Below, piece after piece: positions 59,589-64,000 of a stretch of DNA of 64,000 nucleotides (position 1 is the stretch's first letter; every line of letters begins with the position of its first letter). The translations under genes and the position numbers were made by a program. The notes below the pieces were generated by a model. That model ran no database searches. It had not been told where the DNA came from and saw nothing but the letters and a program-made list of their open reading frames with translations. Origin of the DNA: Schizosaccharomyces osmophilus (lineage: Eukaryota); the NCBI RefSeq assembly GCF_027921745.1, contig NC_079240.1:744001-808000 (forward strand), in the 5' to 3' direction.

Positions 59589-62363
59589 ATGTCCTCGAGC
59601 CAACAAAGTAGTCAGGGCAGAGGAGCAACGACTCCTAAGCGGGCTAATAGCTCTTCTAGGGAAGCAATGGATTCCTCTCCATTATTTTTTCCCACTTCTT
59701 CTCCCGGTTTGAGTCAGCATACAACCCCTAAAACAAAAACGCGTACATCTCGTAAGTTCTCATTCTACTGTCTAAAAGGCTAACCCGATATAGTCGCATC
59801 CTCCCCTTTATTATTTGAATCTAGTTCGCCAGCTCCTCAGGCTCCCCATAGCTCTCGTTCTATTCCTCTTTCTCAGCATAATGATCTTTTCTTAGCTGGA
59901 AGCTCACAGCGAACTCCCAAATCTTCAAGACGCGGTGATATTCATTCTACTGTACAATTAAAAACACCTTCCAGAAGAGAAGTTGATCCCCAGAAAATTG
60001 GAGCTACTACTCCTAGCAGTCTGATTTTCTCCGGTTCAGACGCTTTAACATTCAGTCAAGCTCAGCCTACAAGTGAAGCTAACGATGATACCGTTCGTGT
60101 CATCTGGGGGACGAATGTTTCGATTCAAGAAAGTATAGCTTCTTTTCAAGGGTTTCTGCGTGGGTTTAAGAAAAAATACCGGCCTGAGTATAGAAATGAT
60201 TTCATGCCTCCTCCTGATGCCGAACAAGCTGTATATATAGAAGCGCTTAGAAATATGCGTATTATAGGTTTAGATATCCTTAATTTGGACGTGCAGGATT
60301 TGAAGCATTATCCTCCTACGAAAAAGCTTTACAACCAGTTATACTCATATCCCCAAGAAATTATTCCGATTATGGATCAGACTATTAAAGATGTAATGCT
60401 TGATTTGTTAGGAACGAATCCTCCAGAGGACATATTAAATGATATTGAACTAAGAATATACAAAATTCGGCCGTTCAATTTGGAGCGAACCATCAATATG
60501 CGCGATTTAAATCCTGGTGATATCGACAAATTAATTTCTATCAAGGGCTTGGTTCTTCGTTGTACCCCTGTAATTCCTGACATGAAGCAAGCTTTTTTCC
60601 GGTGCTCGGTTTGCGGGCACAGTGTCACGGTGGAAATTGATCGAGGCCGTATTGCGGAGCCAGTGAAATGCCCAAGAGAAATCTGTGGTGCAACAAATTC
60701 TATGCAGCTAATACATAACCGCTCAGAATTTGCTGATAAACAGGTCATTAAGCTGCAAGAGACACCTGATATTGTCCCAGATGGTCAAACACCTCATTCT
60801 GTTAGTCTCTGTGTCTATGATGAACTCGTTGATTCTTCTAAGGCAGGTGACCGTATAGAAATAACAGGTATATTTCGCTGTGTCCCCATCCGAATGAATC
60901 CTCGTCAACGAACAATTAAGTCTCTCTTTAAAACATACGTCGACGTTGTCCATATAAAAAAGCAAGATAGGAGGCGATTAGGTACTGATCCTTCTACTTT
61001 GGATAATGATTTAGCTGAAGATACAGCTGCTCAAATTGATGATGTTCGCAGGATTACCGATGAAGAAGTTGAGAAAATCAAGAAGGTTTCTGAGCGACCC
61101 GATTTGTATGATTTGCTTCCTCGTTCACTGGCACCAAGTATTTATGAAATGGACGATGTAAAGAAAGGAATACTATTACAACTCTTTGGAGGCACAAACA
61201 AAACTTTTCAAAAGGGTGCCAGTCCTAGATATCGAGGTGATATAAATATTTTAATGTGCGGTGACCCATCGACCTCCAAATCTCAGATCCTTCAGTACGT
61301 TCATAAAATTGCACCTCGTGGTGTTTACACTAGCGGTAAGGGTTCTTCGGCTGTAGGTTTAACAGCTTATATTACTCGCGACCAAGACACAAAGCAGTTG
61401 GTCTTAGAAAGTGGTGCTTTAGTGCTTTCAGATGGTGGTATATGTTGTATTGATGAGTTCGATAAAATGACAGATGCAACACGGTCTATTCTTCATGAGG
61501 TTATGGAGCAACAAACAGTAACAGTGGCTAAAGCAGGTATTATTACTACCCTTAATGCCAGAACATCGATTTTGGCAAGTGCAAATCCAATAGGAAGTAA
61601 GTATAACCCTGAAATGCCGGTTACAAAAAATATAGATCTACCTCCCACGTTGCTTTCGAGATTTGACTTGGTTTATTTGATTTTAGACCGAGTAGATGAA
61701 ACAATAGACAGAAAACTTGCTAATCATATTGTTTCAATGTACATGGAAGATACTCCTCAGAATGCTACGGAACACGAAGTACTATCCATAGAGTTTTTGA
61801 CAAGTTATATTACCTATGCACGCAATTGCATACATCCCATCATTACTGAACCAGCTTCAAAAGAACTTGTTAATGCCTATGTTGACATGAGGAAACTTGG
61901 AGAAGATGTAAGGGCTTCAGAAAAGCGTGTAACAGCAACAACTAGGCAATTGGAATCGATGATCCGTTTATCTGAAGCTCATGCCAAGATGCATCTTCGT
62001 GAAACGGTTGAGGTGGAAGACGTTCGGGAAGCTACCCGTTTAATTAAGACTGCTATTAAAGATTATGCTACCGATCCTGCTACAGGAAAAATTTCTTTGG
62101 ACCTTATTTACGTCAATGAAAGAGAAACACTTGTTTCCGAAGATATGGTTCGAGAATTGAGTAATTTGATTTCTACACTGACTGCTGGAGGCAAAACATT
62201 CATGGTTAGCCAGCTTTTAACTCGATTCCGTGAGCAAAGTACGGCTCATGTCGATGCTTCAGAGTTTGAAGCCTCACTGGCAGCATTGGAGAAGAGAGGT
62301 CAACTGAAAGTGGTAACGAGTGCTGGGCATCGTCTAGTAAGACCGATTGCTCAGGTTGAATGA
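59589..62363 (+). CDS. mcm4: MCM helicase subunit Mcm4/Cdc21; exons 59589-59751, 59794-62363
   Basis: S/T-P-rich N-terminus, IWGTNVSI, C4 zinc finger, GDPSTSKSQ, CCIDEFDKM and SRFD arginine finger. Confidence 0.97.
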
Positions 62364-62795
62364 TCTGATGCGCATTACATCCTTAAGCTGGTATTATGGA
62401 TGAATTATTTTATAGAATTTATTAACCAGATACTGAACAATGTGGATTTATTTGTATATTATAAGAAAAAAAAAAAACAACAACACTATAATGAAGACGA
62501 AAGTAGAAAGTAATAAAAAAATTGGGCCTAAAAGAAGTTGTATAGAACTATAAGTATAATTTAAATAGAATTCGAAGTCATTAAGGATCTCTGTTCGCAT
62601 AAAATAAAAGGTACGTCAAAATTTTTCCAATCTCCGAATAGGAAAAAGCGGAAAAGAGAGGAATATATACATAAATAACATGAAGACTAAAATATATAAA
62701 AGTCCGTGAACCATATCACACTCATTACGAACGGGTACACATAAAGAAAGGAACGTACACAGTTACCTTCCGAAATTAAAAGTAAAGAAAATAGT

Positions 62796-64000
62796 CTAGG
62801 TGTTTTCTGCAGATTCTCTGTTGTAGGAATTTTCAGTAATATCAAACTTATCATCAGTGGTGTCTTTATTGAAAATCATGCTTTGCTTTCTAGAGAAAGG
62901 TTTTTGTCTTTCTCGTACATTCCATCGCAGTTTATCTTCAAGAATCTTTGTCCATTGTTTATGCGGGTTTTGAATTGTGGTAAAAGGATATTGCGAAGTC
63001 ACAATAGACAAGTAATCACCGCGAGTCATTTCAGTTTTGCTGTGCCCATCAGCAGAGTAAAAAGCACTAGCACGAGAATCCAAGGGGATTTCAATGTTTA
63101 TAACCGAATAATCAGGAAGAATTACTGGCCTGAACGATAGGCAATGAGGACAGATAGGAGTAATCAATAAAGCGTTTAAAGCAGGATGGACAAGAGAGCC
63201 ACCAGCATTCATAGACATGTTGGTGGAACCGGTTGGAGTAGAGACAATTAGTCCATCAGCTTGAACGATCGTCATTAACTCTGAGTTGTTGTAAAGGTTT
63301 AAATTGCTGATGTAAGGATGCTCACCACGTGAGACCTGAATCTCGTCCAAAACGTAGTTCGTAGAAACGTGAGAGTATTGCTTTGTTTCTGCATTGTACT
63401 TGTGATATGAACATTCTAGTCGAGAAGAAAAGCGTAATGAAATTCTACTGTTAAGCATATAGTTGATATGCTTTTTATACTCAGCAGCAGAGAAATGAGT
63501 CAAGAATCCGGGAACATCAGTATCGGATAAAGTCAGGACAGGAGGACAAAGTTTTTGAAATAACCAAGAGGCATACAAAACAGTAGCATTATCACCAACG
63601 GTGATAATCAAATCAAACTTTGTTGGTTTGATTAAGCAAATGTAAGGAGTCCAAAATCCAATTCTATCTTCATGCAATTCCAAATCGTTCAGAATATCGT
63701 TTGCGACAAATCTTTTGGAATTTGCCAACCGTTTGTCTACGAACACTTTCGACTCAGGCGAAGTCGAAGAAAGCAGAAATTTTGTTATGTCCGCGGTTAA
63801 ATATACCAATGAGTGGTTCCTGGGTTTGGTAACAATGAGAATATTCTTTGGTTCTGCAGAAAAAACCCCATTAATAGCTTCACTATACATGGATTTTAAC
63901 CTCATAACATTTTCAATACGAGAGTAACAATCTTCACGATTACTCTGCTGTGTGAGGCTGCGGAAATCACTAACATTCAGGTTCTGTATGTTTGCATGGC
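62796..64000 (-). CDS. NAD/NADH kinase family protein, 5'-partial (frame open to the window edge), with degenerate catalytic motifs
   Basis: QADGLIVSTPTGST..AGGSLVHP, TPICPHCLSFRPVILP and KLRWN motifs identify the NADK fold. Confidence 0.88.
   Translation of the reverse strand, partial: HANIQNLNVSDFRSLTQQSNREDCYSRIENVMRLKSMYSEAINGVFSAEPKNILIVTKPRNHSLVYLTADITKFLLSSTSPESKVFVDKRLANSKRFVANDILNDLELHEDRIGFWTPYICLIKPTKFDLIITVGDNATVLYASWLFQKLCPPVLTLSDTDVPGFLTHFSAAEYKKHINYMLNSRISLRFSSRLECSYHKYNAETKQYSHVSTNYVLDEIQVSRGEHPYISNLNLYNNSELMTIVQADGLIVSTPTGSTNMSMNAGGSLVHPALNALLITPICPHCLSFRPVILPDYSVINIEIPLDSRASAFYSADGHSKTEMTRGDYLSIVTSQYPFTTIQNPHKQWTKILEDKLRWNVRERQKPFSRKQSMIFNKDTTDDKFDITENSYNRESAENT

Overview
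Gene-dense, AT-rich eukaryotic DNA from a fission yeast (Schizosaccharomyces). The proteins and gene order match my recollection of the S. pombe chromosome III region SPCC63-SPCC16A11-SPCC24B10, but the sequences look diverged, so this is probably a sister species such as S. octosporus, S. cryophilus or S. osmophilus. I support 29 protein-coding genes and worked out exon structures by hand from GT..CTAAY..AG signals: aah3, a DNAJC11-like gene, mok14, tap42, a WDR89-like gene, thg1, atg1, sec59, pup3, a DnaJ gene, eis1, sfk1, utp13, a DUF2009 gene, snx12, dim1, gpi10, coq10, atg20, tim23, cytochrome b5, mrpl31, ubp1, luc7, sfh1, a small orphan, rpn1302, mcm4 and a partial NAD-kinase-like gene. 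I found no tRNA, rRNA, transposon or CRISPR array. Main observations: (1) gpi10 and coq10 are head-to-head with start codons interlocked in one CATG palindrome, leaving no intergenic space; (2) the longest introns carry nested inverted repeats, and two introns have a branchpoint-to-3'SS hairpin that hides decoy AGs; (3) the NAD kinase homolog has lost its GGDG and NE motifs; (4) the splicing factor gene dim1 uses non-YAG acceptors; (5) extended FLEX/TR-box motifs lie upstream of mok14, atg1 and atg20. Gene names come from recognising the proteins and recalled synteny, not from a database search.
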